A DNA stretch of 64,000 nt from Sphyrna mokarran (taxonomy: Eukaryota). This document shows, piece by piece, positions 12,559 through 25,822 of this stretch. The first letter of the stretch is position 1, and every line of letters starts with the position of its first letter. The notes under the pieces were generated by a model. That model ran no database searches and had not been told where the DNA came from. It saw only the letters and a list, made by a program, of their open reading frames with translations. A program made the translations under genes and the position numbers. The stretch spans positions 80,104,001 to 80,168,000 of the forward strand of contig JAGIQG010000010.1 of assembly GCA_024679065.1 (NCBI GenBank), written 5' to 3'.

Positions 12559-12894
12559 TAGAAATCATAGAACCCTATAGTGCAGAAAGAGGCCCTGTGT
12601 GTCTGCACCGAACACAATCCCACCCAGGCCCTACCCCCATATCCCTATACGTTATCCCCACTAATCCCTCTAATCTACGCATCCCTGGACACAAAGAGGC
12701 AATTTCTTTACATAGCCAATCAACCTAACCCACACATTTTTGGACTGTGGGAGGAAACAGGAGTACCCAGAGGAAACCCACACAGACATGAGGAGAATGT
12801 GCAAACTCCACACAGACAGTGACCCGAGCCGGAATCAAACCCATGACCCTGGAGCTGTGAAGCAGTAGTGCTACCACTGTGCTACCATGCCACC
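12559..12894 (-). mobile_element. HE1-type V-SINE
   Basis: tRNA-like A/B-box head, V core, TTCTATGATTTCTA tail. Confidence 0.88.
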
Positions 12895-12895
12895 C

Positions 12896-14012
12896 AAGAC
12901 AAATCTCTTTTTGGCTCTTAGACAAATCCAATGGGTTGGTCCTACCAACAAAGTTCTAACTCCAGAACAAGCGTAAAAATGGGAGAGTTTCCAATCCATT
13001 ATTTTGACAAAGTCACCAGTCAAATCTTATGCACTCTGTACAATGAAAACACCCTTGGTCTGTTTTCTGTCAACAGGGGAAGTAGATGGTGTCTAAATTG
13101 CTCAAAAGCCAACTGATAGCAGCAAAGTGCGCCATTGCCCATGTGTGGGTTTCTGTGCTCTGAGAGCAGCAAAGACCTGTTACTGTCTCTGCTGCTATAA
13201 GCTGATCTCCACGGTCCAGCACCCAACCTCCCTGCCCTCCTCCCCACTGTATTACTGCAGACTTCAGTGGCCCTCACCCGACCCCCCCTACCCACAATCT
13301 GGAATAATCACTATAGTCCTTCCCCCCCCAATCGCTGATGTAAAGCAGCAAAGGTCATACCCTCCTTCCCCCACTATTTGCCATTGTAAAGTAACAATGG
13401 TCTCCCCCTCTGATTATTGTGCAAAGTACACAGCGATCTAATACTCCGTCCATCCAATGATCACCATTGTAGAGCGGCACTGGTCTCCCCCTTCCTTGCC
13501 CCATTGATTGCTGTGCAAGATGCTTGTCCTGGTCTGGCCCTGCCTCAGTAGGCCCCTCCATCTCTGGCCTCGCCCCCTTGGCACTGCCCACGCCTGCTTA
13601 ACATTGCCAGAATGCCAGTCTGGCAGTAACAGCATGCTCAGTGAGCAATACCTAGGTACCAGATTAGTATTGCCCTAGGGGCACCCTCTTTCTTCCACCC
13701 TCTTGGAGAGCCTCAATGGTTTCCAGTTCTAATGGTAAATTCATATCATGTCTGGGCCTCATTGATGGGGGACCATACATGATCCTCATCAGAGAGAGCT
13801 TTCCCCAGTGATGCCGCACAGGCAGGATTTTTCCCGGGCTCGCTTACTACATTTAAATGAATATTTAATTAAATTTAAATAATATCTGAATATCTAGTAC
13901 TGGTAAAATCATGAGAAGTAAGAAATCAGGCATGAACCTGATTTCTCAGCTCTCTCATGATCTTACGGGCACAACCCATCCATCGGCAGAGCGCAACTGT
14001 AAGATCATCCCC
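12896..14012. mobile_element. Non-autonomous Harbinger-like element
   Basis: C-rich repeats (mirror of 9300-9700), TTTAAATGAATATTTAA, AAGATCATCCCC terminus. Confidence 0.55.
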
Positions 14013-14249
14013 AAAGTAATCAGGAAGAGTCAGCACAGTTTTGTGAAAGGAAAATCATGTTTAACCAATTTTTTGGGGTTCTTTAAAGGACCAATTTGTG
14101 TTGTGGGTATATGACAGTATATAGACGGACTTTACTTGGATTTCCAGAAGGCATTTACCTTGGAATCACAGCAAAGATTATTATGGAAAATAATCTTGAT
14201 GCTAGGATTAACATATTAGCATGGATAGGAGAATGGCTGGCTGGAATAG

Positions 14250-15162
14250 ACGATGTGCAAATGCCGGCATTGGACTCGGATAAGCACAGTAAGAAGTCTC
14301 ACAATACCAGGTTAAAGTCCAACAGGCTTATTTGGTAGCACAGGCTTTTGGAGTGTCACTCCTTCTTCAGGTGAGTGAATAGTTGTGTTCACAGACAGGG
14401 CATATACAGACAATTTACAAGATAATACTTGGAATGCAAGTCTTTACAGGTTGTCGAATCTTAAAGGTACAGATAATGTAAATGGAGAGAGGATTAAGCA
14501 CAGGTTAAAGAGGTGTTAATTGTCTCCAGCCAATTCAGTTAGTGAGATTTTGCAAGCCTGAGCAAGTCATGTGTGTTACAGATAGTGTAGCATGAACGCA
14601 AGATCTCAGCTGAGGCTATCCTCATGCATGCGGAACTTGATTATCTGTGCTTGCTCGGCGATTCTGTATTGTTGTGTGTCGTGAGGGCTGCTTTGGAGAA
14701 TGCTTACCCGAAGATCGGAGGCTGAATGCCCCCATGACTGCTGAAGTGTTTCCTGACAGGAAGAGAACATTGCTATCTGGTGACTGTCGAGCAGTGTTCA
14801 TTCATCCGTTGTCATAGAGTCTGCATGGTCTCACCAATGTATCATGCCTCAGGACATCCTGTCCTACAATGTATCAGATAGACAACATTGGCAGAGTCGC
14901 AAGAGTTATGTACTATGTACCTGGTAGATGGTGTTCTCGCATGAAATGATGGCGTCTGTGTTGATGATCCGGCAAGAGTTGCAGAGGTCGCTGTGGCAGG
15001 GTTGTGTAGCGTTGTGGTCACTGTTCTCCTGAAGGTTGCTGTGGACAATAGTCTGCTTGAGGTTGTGCAGTTGTTTGAAGGCAAGAAGTGGGGGTGTGGG
15101 GTGGCCTTGGCAAGATGTTCAATGACTGTTGAAGGCTCCAGAGAAGATGTCATAGCTTCTCT
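14250..15162 (-). mobile_element. Penelope-like element 3' part (GIY-YIG endonuclease, pLTR with hammerhead at 14340-14373)
   Basis: CDSANVVYLIHCRTGCPEA*YIGETMQTL*QRMNEH; CACCTGAAGAAGGAGTGACACTCCAAAAGCCTGTG. Confidence 0.88.
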
Positions 15163-15667
15163 GATAGAATACAGGAAACGTACATAAATGGAGCTTTATG
15201 ATCTGCATGGTGTGGTGAGTGGAGTCTGGCAGGCGTCTCTGCTGGGTCTCAATATTTTACATTTACATAGATTGATACATACAAATGAGTATAGCTAGAT
15301 TGAAAGAATGGGCAAAAATATGACAGATGGAGTAAAATATGGAAAATTCAAATTGTCTACTTTGGCAAGAAGAATAAAAATTATTACTATTATTCAATGG
15401 AGAATCATTGCAGAATTCCAACGTGCAGAAGGATCTGACTTTTCTAGTGCGTGTGTCACAAATGGCTAATGGAAAAGGCTAATGCAATGTTATCCTTTAT
15501 TACAAGGGGAATTGATCATAAAATTATGCTTCAGTTATGCATCTTGAATACTGTACACAGCTTTGCTCTTTATCTTAATCTTTAATGGAGGCAGTTCAGA
15601 TGCAGTTTATTAGGTTGATATCTGAATTGAGGGGGTTGTGTTATGAGCAAAGGCTGGACAGACTTTC

Positions 15668-15960
15668 TTTTATTTGTCCAGGGAATGTAGGTGTCAGTGG
15701 CTGGGCCAGCGTTTATTCTCATCCCCAATTGTCCGTGAATGAGTGGTTTGCAAGGATATTTAAAAGTCAATCACATTGCTGGGTTATGTAGGCCATAATC
15801 AGATGGTTTTTACAACAATTAATGGTTTCATGGTCATTGTTAGACTATTAATTTTTTTATTGAAATCAGATTTCACCATCAGCCTTCGAATGTGGATCTC
15901 CAGAACATTACACGTGTCTCTAGATTGCTACTGATAATACTACTATGCCCCCACCTCCCC
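15668..15960 (-). mobile_element. MetaSINE-like tRNA-derived SINE
   Basis: Reverse strand GGGGAGGTGGGGGCATAGTAGTATTATC head, ATGACCATGAAACCATT..GTAAAAACCATCTG core, AATAAACGCTGGCCCAGCCACTGACACC tail. Confidence 0.65.
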
Positions 15961-16069
15961 TCAGCTTGTTTCTACTGGAGTTTAAATGAGTGATGATAAC
16001 TTAGTACAAGTATACAAGAATCTAAAGAGTTTTGAAATGGAAAACTGTAACACGATTTGCTAATTTTTA

Positions 16070-16620
16070 TACACTATGCCCTGACTGATGCCATGCCATA
16101 TGCCTTCTTGACTACCTTGTACACTTGTGTTGCTACTGTCAGGGAATTGTAGACTTTTACACCTAAATCGTGCTGTATATCAATGTTTCTAAGGGTTCTG
16201 CCATTTACTGTGTACCTCCCTCCTGCATTAGACTTTCAAAATGCATGACCTCAGATGTTTCTAGATTAAATTCTACCTGCCACTTCTCTGCCCAAACCTC
16301 CAGCCTATCTATATACTGCTGTATCTTCTGGCAATCCTCCTCACTGTCCAAGCTCCCCCAATCTGGTTGAAAGATTTACGAGCACAAGTTTACTCATCAG
16401 GCCACCTACATTTTCTTCCAAATCATTTGTACATATATTATAAGAAACAGGGGTCCCAGCACTGACCCCTGCAGAACACAACTAGTCACAGATCTCCAAT
16501 CAGAAAAACACCCTTCCATTGCTACTCACTATATTCAATGACCAAGCCAGTTCTGTATCCATCTTACCAGCTCACAGTGGGTCCCAGGTGACTTTGCCTT
16601 CTGTATCAGCTTGCCTGTGG
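16070..16620 (-). mobile_element. CR1 RT fragment
   Basis: Reverse strand SVTSCVLQGSVLGPLFL and EVWAEKWQVEFNL motifs. Confidence 0.8.
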
Positions 16621-18910
16621 TCATAACAATATCCACCACAGCCTCCATGACCCCTATATCCTCCCATGCCCATTACCCAGTATTCACCACAGACAGCATG
16701 AACTCTATAACATCAGGAAGTCCTTGAAATGCTAATGAAACTGTTAGAACAAGCAGACAACCACTTGAAAAGAAACCTTAATTTTATTAAGTGATCCTTA
16801 AAGTGTCAAAATAGACAATTTACCATTCAAAAATCATGCACAAATAATTTTATTTGGTGCTCATAAATCTTGAATCAAAACAAAGCTCATAAACTCACTT
16901 ACAGCTGTATCAACAACCTTTGCTGAGCTGAATCCATTTGTGAGATTTGGAGGTCAGCTATCATTCAGGATGAGGTTCCATTATACAACTATGTCAACAA
17001 AACCTCAAGGCTGAATACATTAAAATGTTTGAAATAACCTGAACAGATGGTTAGCTATTTAACTGCTTCTGAAGCTGATCAGTTGAGATGATCTGTATCT
17101 CCACCCATCCACTTAAACATTCAGCATGGCAAAGCTTTTGATGACTGTCAATCACATAAGTCAGGCATCAAAAGCTTAACAGACGGTTAGATGTCAATCA
17201 AAATAAAGATCAAAGTAGAGGATCCAAGTGACAGATTAAAACCTGTATTACTGATAATGTAGCCAAATGCATTTGAAAACTTTCACAATGCTTATCAATT
17301 TCATGACCATTTCGCTTTTACAAGCAAAGTGTTTTCAAAAGCACTAAATCAAAAACATGCTTAAATTATCATACAGCATCAATTTATGACTTATTAAGTT
17401 AACAACAACTGTTAAACTCACCTATAAAAAAAACTCTTGACTCCAGGAGACGTTCTTTTCATGAGTCATGACTTATCTGACCTGCTGTGAACCATGTCAC
17501 CTTTAGAAGCCTTCTGATGTTGTTCTAACTCCATGAAAATTGCTGAGATTCTGAAATCACCATTCCTGCAATGAAGCGTAGGTGTTGGAATTGTGGAGTC
17601 TGGAGTTGCAACTAGCACCCTTATACAGAAAATTGCCCTTGAAAACAGTAGAAGATAGGAATGGCATCAGGAATCTCAGAATTTGGTCCAGCCCACATCT
17701 TTCTCCCCACATTTTACAGAACCTGCCCTGCATCAGGATGGCAAAATCTAGCTCTTCATGTCAACTTACCTCACAAGTACACCTATCCTTCTTTGTCAAT
17801 GCACTTCCTCACATTTCATCTGGGCATCCATCATTGAGATCCACTCTCAGCCTAAGGCAACGTGAAGGTTTTTCACACATCTGTTCAACACATGCCATAC
17901 TCTCACTGATTGATCTCTTGAGCAGCAACGTGACACAGCTGAGTGGCAAGGTGGCACTGTGATTAGCACTGCTGCCTCACAGTGCCAGGCACCTAGGTTC
18001 AATTCCCTGCTTAGTCACTGTTGGTATGGAGTCAGCATGTTCTCTCCGTATCTGCATGGATTTCATCTGGGTGCTCTGTTTCTCCCACAGTCTGAAAGGC
18101 GTGCTGGTTAGGTATATTGGCCATGCTAAATTCTCCTTCAATGTACCCAAACAGATACCAGAGTGTGGTGACCAGGGGACTTCACAGTAACTTCATTGCA
18201 GTGTTAATATAAGACTACTTGTGACACTAACAAATAAACTTATACTTACAACTCTTACCCCTCCTAGCAGAAGAAGAGAGCATAGAACATGAAGGTGTGG
18301 TAGAGAATGAGAAGTGGCCCTCTTGCCACCTCACAGTTAACACGTGTTAGAAATCAGTGCAAGTCTCTTCATGCCTGGTCATCAGAGATGAAAAGTTGGG
18401 AGTCTCATAGCAATCTGATGAGGGAATGAAATATCAGACATACAACACTAAATACCAACAGCAAATGTAATGTGATCATGCGCAAAATGATAACTTCAAA
18501 CATTTCTAACTACACGGTATCCATTCATGTTTTTTATCTTCCTTGTGCCTTCACACGCTCCATAGGAATTCCTTGCCCTCGTTTCCATGACACACTCTCA
18601 AGTTACTCCACTGATTATAACAGAACTTTGGCAAACCATGGAGGAATGTTAACCTGAGGAGTTAAAAAGGAAGCTGGGACCTGCCAGGCCTTTGGTTCTA
18701 CAGAGGATGATTGCTAAAGTTATCCAGGGCAACAGAGCCATTACAAGCATTCTGTGGCATATGCTGAGTTTGCATCCATCAAAGGCTCACATCCTTAATC
18801 CTTAATATTATCAGTATTCTGTGGTTCTCTTTCAGTTGTTCAGTTGAGATGACCCGTATCTCCACCCATCCACTTAAACATTCAGCATGGCAAAGCTTTT
18901 TATGACTGAT
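16620..18910 (+). mobile_element. Highly decayed Harbinger-like element with Myb-partner exon remnant
   Basis: 18268-18350 QKKRA*NMKVW*RMRSGPLATSQLT resembles the KRAHN..RTGGG..LT segment seen at 27810; boundaries uncertain. Confidence 0.35.
17940..18242 (+). mobile_element. V-SINE, ACTAATAAATAAAC-tail subfamily
   Basis: tRNA-like head, V core, CACAGTAACTTCATTGCAGTGTTAAT tail. Confidence 0.85.
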
Positions 18911-18977
18911 CAACTGAAATGGTCCAGTTTGTTCACATTTATTGCAATACATCATCACAGCATCTACATTAATTAAT

Positions 18978-19110
18978 GATCGGAATTCTCTGGCCGTTTT
19001 CAACCCATTACAATCAACAGTGAGAACAGGGAATTTGGTGCTCAGCTCTCCATTCGTGGCATCAAGATTAGAGAATTCCAGCTGCGGTCAAGGTTGGAGA
19101 ATCTGGTCCA
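18978..19110. mobile_element. Short Harbinger-type MITE
   Basis: GATCGGAATTCTC / GGAGAATCTGGTC imperfect inverted termini. Confidence 0.5.
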
Positions 19111-19244
19111 CTATAATTATCTACAAAACACTGGCTTAAATCACTGGCAAATGGAATTGTAGTGCAGATAAGCTTTTAAAATCAATTTTAATCCAGAGTG
19201 AATGAGCATATTTTCACTTGTTTGTAAATATTATTTTCTATAAT

Positions 19245-19572
19245 GGATGGCACAGTAGTAGTGGTTAGCACTGCTGCTTCACAGCTCAGAGACCTGGGTT
19301 CGATTCCTGGCTTGGGTCACATCTGTGTGGAGTTTGCACATTCTCCTCGCATCTGAGTGGGTTTCCTCCGGGTGCTCCAGTTTCCTCCCACAGTTCAAAG
19401 ATGTGCAGGTTAGGTTGATTGGCCATGCTAAAATTGCCCCTTAGTGTACTAAGATGCATAGGTTAGAGGGATGTAGGGATATAGGGGTAGGGCCCGGATG
19501 GGATTGTGGTCAATACAGGCTCAATGGGTCAAGTGACCTCTCTCTGAAATGTAGGGTTTCTATGATTCTATG
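19245..19572 (+). mobile_element. HE1-type V-SINE with HER1 tail
   Basis: GTGGTTAGCACTGCTGC, GGGTTCGATTCC B-box, V core, TTCTATGATTCTATG tail. Confidence 0.9.
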
Positions 19573-19884
19573 GTAACATATATTGTAGTTCACCTCCATT
19601 AATACAATTTATGTTCAGAAAATAATTGGTGCAAATATCCCAAAACATTTCTAAGTGTGATTTCCAGTGGTAATCATGGTGTGATTCTTGCCAGGTGGGT
19701 TGGTGGGATCCAGACTGCAATCCACCCACAAGTAGAGCAGGATTCTCCACTCTTTTTGCCTTGCCACTGCTGCCAGTGAGAATAGAAAATTTGGTGCTCA
19801 ATTACAACTCTGTTCACTGCAGTGGGACAGAAAAATCCACCTGTGGACAAAGTTAGAGAATTATGGCATAACTTTTTTTTTTAG

Positions 19885-20622
19885 GGAGTTTCCAGCTGGC
19901 AGAGAGATATGCGGGACCTAAAGATGCCAGCAAAGCCACATCCTTGGAGATCAGGACAACCCTTTTAAAGGATCCCCCTTCCCCAGACAATCCTACAGAC
20001 TGTCCCCCTCTCCCATACTCACTGGCAAAGACTACTGCTCCCACTTGGATCAGCACTCCCCCCCACCCCACCCCCCATCACTGTGATCAATGGCAACCTC
20101 CTCAAATATATGAAACATTGCTATGGATTCACCCAAGATCCTCTCCCTCAGACACACCCCTTTCAGGTCCCCTCTTCAGGTCCTCTCCTTTGGCAGTGCC
20201 AACCTGGCAGAGCACCATGGCACCCTGAAAGTGCCAACTTGGCAGTGCCAACCTTGTGATGCCTGGCAATGCTATGGTGCCAGGAGGCAGTGATAGGGCA
20301 CTGCCTAGCCATATATCTGACCATTCCATTTATGGAAATCAGTATTAATTCCCGCCAGCTTCCCGTTGTGCCAGCAGATCGATGAATACCAGGAGCTGGG
20401 CGAATACAACGAAAATCCAGAAATGCATATTTGAAAGAAGATTCAAATATGCTAATCTGGTTCACATCCTTGCTGGGCAAAGAACCAGATTATAATGTCA
20501 TAGGGGTGGGGTGAATCCCAAAAGGGGTTCTCCCTGGCTCAAATTGTGCAATGGCCCCTCTCATGAGATTCTCCAGCTTTGAACTGATTTATCCTTGGAT
20601 ATAGAGGCTGGAGCATTGGCCT
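19885..20622. mobile_element. Non-autonomous Harbinger-like element
   Basis: GGCAGTGCCAACC repeats, ATGCATATTTGAAA..TTCAAATATGC hairpin, GAGCATTGGCC end. Confidence 0.5.
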
Positions 20623-20910
20623 CAGCATGTTGGATCTTTACCATTTGCTTCAAAATGCATTTGGGACCTTGATTTAGTATTCCATTGACAACATGGTATC
20701 TCAAACAATATGCCCTGCCTCAAAACAACCCTATGTATCAGCCTAAGCTGTAGTCCAAGTACTGTAATGAGACTTGGTGCTAACTGAAAGAAACTGCCAT
20801 TGCTCTTGGGATATTCAAACCCTGCATAATACTTATGGTGTATAAATTTAAAAAATGATTATCATGCTTTCTGCAAATCTCTTTGCATAGTGGCAGAGAT
20901 TGCTGTACGT

Positions 20911-21214
20911 TTAAAGTTTATTTATTAGTGTCACAGATTGCAGAGTTAACGTAAACCAATGAAGTAACTGCGAAAATCTCCTAGTTACCACATTCTGGTG
21001 CCTATTCGGATACATCGAAGGAGAATTTAGCATGGCCAATGCACCTAACCTGCACATCTTTGGACTGTGGAAGGAAATGGGAGCACCCAGGGGAAACCAC
21101 CAAACACAGGAGAATGTCTTTGCGGAGTCTGCACAATGACCCAAGCTGGGCATCGAATCCAGGTTGCTGGCGCTGTAAGGCAGCAATGCTAACCATTGTG
21201 TCATCATGCCACCC
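20911..21214 (-). mobile_element. V-SINE
   Basis: Reverse complement of the 17940-type SINE. Confidence 0.85.
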
Positions 21215-22254
21215 TATGTGCAAGACACAAGTAGTTTCAAGAGAAAAAATTGTTTTGATCTTTTTTTCTCTACCTGGGTGCACTGGTACAAATATTTTTA
21301 TATTTGATATTTTCAAAGTCTGCACTGAAACTGATGTTAATGGAAATACATCCCACATCAATGGGAAATGCCTACATTAAATTTATTAAAAGTTAAGAAA
21401 TATCTTAACTCTGCAACTTGATAGGGTCTGTTATAGGAGGGCTTGTTTCCTCTTTTCAAAATAAAATTCAGATTGTTAAGTTAACAGCTAAGCTAAAATA
21501 CTGGGAACTGAGCCAAGCCAAATGAGACCCAGATGGTCTGACTGCCAGGAGTAAAGATAAATGAATTTTGGACATGGCAAAAGCAGGTTAAGTGCTGTTA
21601 ATGAAAACTTGAAGCATTCGTGTTTTCATGAATATCATACAAGCTTCCTTTTTCCTTCCTTTTCAGCATAATTGTTAGCTACAAGGGAAACACGCATGTT
21701 GTGGAAATTTTTGACTTTGGCTATGCAACTTTCTTAAAGCAGTGCAGACATCCAAAACATAACTTGGGTCACTCAGTGAGATCTTGACATGGTCAAGCAC
21801 ATGGCTGCACCTTCACTGTGGCAATCTGTTTATTTTGGCAACATGATAAAAGCCACCTTTGTTGTGGTAGTTATTCAGATACAATGTGCTTTACAGCAAT
21901 AGTTTGACTCTTTGAGTGATCAATTTTTAAAACACCAATTAATCACAAAGAGTTTTTGAGAAAAGACAAAAGATCAATGTGTGAGTGCATGACTTATTTA
22001 AATGGAGGTAACAAAGAAAACAATAATGTTTCAAAATCTTTTCTTTTAAATTATCCCCAATTATATAGCTCCAGGCTCTTCTAGCAGACCTAATTAGGCT
22101 TCTGTTGTAGTCAAATAGAACATGTGTAGGAGATTCAACAGGATATTTGGTGGCCTCTGTACATTGATTAAAGAAAGCATATGGAGTGGAACGATATAGA
22201 ATTCATCATTCGTTTCATGACTGAGGAAGATCTTGCTCATCAATTTTGTCACTT

Positions 22255-22523
22255 TGGCATAATGACATAATAGTTAGCACTACTGCCTCACAATGCCAGG
22301 GACTTGGATTAGATTCCTAGCTTGGGTCACTGTCTGTGTGGCATCTGCATGATCTCCCTGTATCTGTGTGGGTTTCCTCCGGGTGCTCCAGCCTCCTCCC
22401 ACAGTCTGAAAGATGTGCTGGTTAGGTGCATTGACCTGAACAAGAATGGGAGTGTGGCGAGTAGGGGAATTTCACAGTAGCCTCATTATAGTGTTAATGT
22501 AAGCCTTACTTGCGATTAATAAA
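22255..22523 (+). mobile_element. V-SINE
   Basis: TTAGCACTACTGCCTCAC head, GGGTTTCCTCCGGGTGCTCC core, ATTAATAAAT tail. Confidence 0.85.
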
Positions 22524-25277
22524 TGGAGTTCACAAAAGGAATAAGTAGAGTGCTTCAGATCCTCTCACTGATATTCCTCCTCATAAAAGGGTAGATAAAA
22601 TAGAAATCTCAAAAAAGTATTGTAATTTTATGCTTTTACTTTGTTCTCCAGGAAACCAGTACAGAACAAAATTTAATATTTTCTATCACCTCACACTAAT
22701 CACATGTCTGGGACATTGCTCGGCTTTTTTTAAACATGTAGGTAATTAACAGGGGAAAGTGAGTTCAGGAAGTTCCAAAAGCACTGAAAACTAATTCAAA
22801 CAATAAATGGCAGAGCTAATTTGAAAAGAGTGCTGGGTACAGGAGGGAAAGAGGAGAGGGAGGGGACAAATGAATATGTGAGAACTTTTAAAGGAAATAG
22901 GCATTGTTCTATTAAATCCATTAATCTCAATAGACATTATTCAACTTATGCTGTCGCCAAGTTCACCCGACACAGAGCAGTTCTGAAATGCTGTCCTGTT
23001 GGCATAGGGCCTCACCAACATCAAGCATATGTTAGCGATTTGAGATGACAGTTGATTTCTAACAAGACTTTGACCAGCAGTAGAATCACAGAAAAGTATT
23101 CCTTTAAATTCCCATTGAAAATTAAATTAAAATAGACAAGCAAATAATAGTCTTTCAAATTCCCCCCTTATTCACAAAGTTATTCAAAAAAGGTTCCAAG
23201 ATGTCAGTCTATCATCAAAACCAATATTATTCATTGATGACCAGTTACATTGTCCAGATGGCATTTCAATGATCTCATCTAGGCTGAAATCCCAGTAATC
23301 CTTAGATAGTTTGGTCATCCATCTATAACCTCTATAGTCTTTACAGACCCCATTATTCTTAATCTGATATATATATCCTTTTAAAAGTCATTTATGTGAA
23401 TAGCATGATTGGTTTCGACAGGAGTCTTTCCACATTTGGTTAGATTTCAGGATAAGTAGCTATTGCAATAATAATAACACAGGAACCATTTATGATATTT
23501 GTATTTATTAATTAGCCTTCTTATAAATAGGTTTATGAATGAATGTTTGTAAAAGCAATTCAGAGCTTATATTTTTAGGAAATTATTTAACAGACATAAA
23601 TGTATCTAGAGTTTGTTAAATCAAATCATGATTAACATTTTGATCATGTTTTGAAAAATAATTGGTGATTGGTATTAGTTTGTATTTATTAACTCTTGTT
23701 CAACTTTCATTCTAAATGAAGAACTGTGCTTGTTTAAATAAAAGAACAATTTAAAATTGCAGACCAAATGCTGCATGTGGAGAGAGAATTAGGATGCTCA
23801 CATTGGTCTTTGGATATTTTGCTGAACTGACAACACAAATAGCAAACTTTATAAAACCACAAGCCATGTTTCTGAATCAAATGTGTGACAAAATGCAGTT
23901 TAGATTCCCACTTGAGAAACATGATGCTTTGAATATTATTTACCTACTGCTGCAGTTGAAGCAAAGACCACCCTTAAGAATAGATGAGATGGGTGATTGA
24001 AGAATAAAGGGATAAAAGAATGTAAGTACTGGGCAGGCATGTGAGATTAAACTTGATTGCCCTTCTGGAAAATAAACTGCTTGGGCCAAATAGTCTGTTA
24101 TCGATATTATTATTTCAATATAATTTTATGCAATTATTTGTCAGTGAAGAATATAAAATTAGAAGCTAATACAATATTAATTCTTTACCCAATATATTTT
24201 ATAAAACGCTAAAAAAATGATGATCAGTGTAATATTTCAAAGGTACATACAATACTGAGGTGATTTGTGGCCAATATGTGTGTGAGAAGTTGAGCATGAC
24301 ATCAAATATTAAAAGGGGAAAAAATTCAAGTTAAAATTCTCAGACACATTCTGACTCCGTTCTTTTAAGATACAGGCTTTTTTTAATTCCAAAAGATATA
24401 ACCACCATGCTGCATACAACATATTAAAACTAACAACTCTGATCACACACAAATATCAATCACTCTATATCTGTTTCGACATGAGTCACTGTTGTACTCA
24501 ATTAATTTTGCAGCTCAAGTCATGTCGCTCTAGAGCATAATCCTTCTTCTGTCACAGCTTTTAGAGCTAAAAGCCAAGAAAACATATGTTTTCACAGCGT
24601 TCCACATTTAAATAATCAAAATGGGTTGACCATTCCTGCCAAACTATTAAATTCCAGCTGCATTTTGAGTGACAACAAAAAAATGACATAAATGCATCAA
24701 ATATTTGGAGTAGAAAGAAAAAATATAACCACTCACGTTAAAAGAGAAAACTTCCCATTAGTTCACCAACTCAATCAGCGACTTTTATATTATCCTATGC
24801 CTTTCTATGTGTGAGCAATATCTCCTTGTGGGTCTGATGTACAGCAAGAGGCATGCAGAACAAGCTAAGTTAACGAGTGTGAGAGAACAGGATATTGGTC
24901 TGTATTTGCATATTTGTGATTAATGTTTTCCCACCCCCTTTTTCATTCAAGGGAAAAAATCTTCCAAACCTCTGAAGGGAGGCAATTAGTTTACACAAAT
25001 GATTGCCTTTGAGTAATAAGCTTTGATTGTGTTAAATGTCATGCCGTAACTTATGATTGTGCTGCACACTGACTGTGACAGCATTTTGTATAGTTTATAA
25101 AAATGTGCAATCAAATCTTTGTATAAAGTAAGGCAATTTTATCGTGAACACACTGTTCAGTCTGAACACTTACAACTTCATATAAACATATAGCTATTGC
25201 AATGGTTAAACAATGTGTGCAAGGCATTAAATGTCAGTACTTTTGAACACAGTCATATCAGATTAAACTTAATACTT

Positions 25278-25822
25278 TACATACAAATATACAAATTAGG
25301 AGCAGGAGTAGGCAACACAATGCCTTGAACCTGCTCTGCCATTCAGTAAAATTATGGCTGACTGATTGTAACTTCAACCCTACCTTTCTGCCTATCCTGA
25401 TAACCTTTCACTTCTTTGTTAATTAAGAATTTATCTAGTTCAGCTTTAAAATATTCTGTCTCTGTTTTCATTGCCTTTTGAGCAAAAGAGTCCAGAGACT
25501 CACAACCTTCTGAAAGAAAAGAATTCTCCTCATCACTGTCTTAAATAAATGACCCTTTATTTGTAAACATTGACCTCTAGTTCTAGAATCTCCGACAAGA
25601 GGAAATATTACTCCACATTCACTCTGCCAAAATCCCACAGGGTTTTAAAGGTTTTGATAAAATTGCCTCTTACTCTTCTAAACTCTAGGTGGTACAAACC
25701 AACCTTTCCAATCTTTATTCATAAGACAGCCCTCCCGTTCTTGGTACTAGTCCAGTAAGCCTTCTCTGAACTGCTTCCAACACATTTACATCTTTTCTTA
25801 GATAAGAGACCAATACTGCACC
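25278..25822 (-). mobile_element. CR1 3' fragment
   Basis: AATTAGGAGCAGGAGTAGGC tail motif; reverse-strand LEFRRVRGNFIK. Confidence 0.8.

Larger units (their letters stand above)
11595..16040 (+). mobile_element. Old CR1 ORF2 split by four nested insertions
   Basis: Colinear pieces: SNHNMIEF (11680), RQKTGNLRPVSL (12470), IRKSQHSFVKGKSCLTNFL (14020), ESLQNSNVQKDL (15400), LRGLCYEQRLDRL (15630). Confidence 0.8.

Noticed and set aside
19245-19315. tRNA gene (A and B boxes)
   Set aside because: Head of an HE1-type SINE followed by V core and LINE tail; same for the other SINE heads
20625-20790. DeuSINE-like remnant (also 36420-36540 and 56430-56545)
   Set aside because: Only faint resemblance by eye; too decayed to call without alignment
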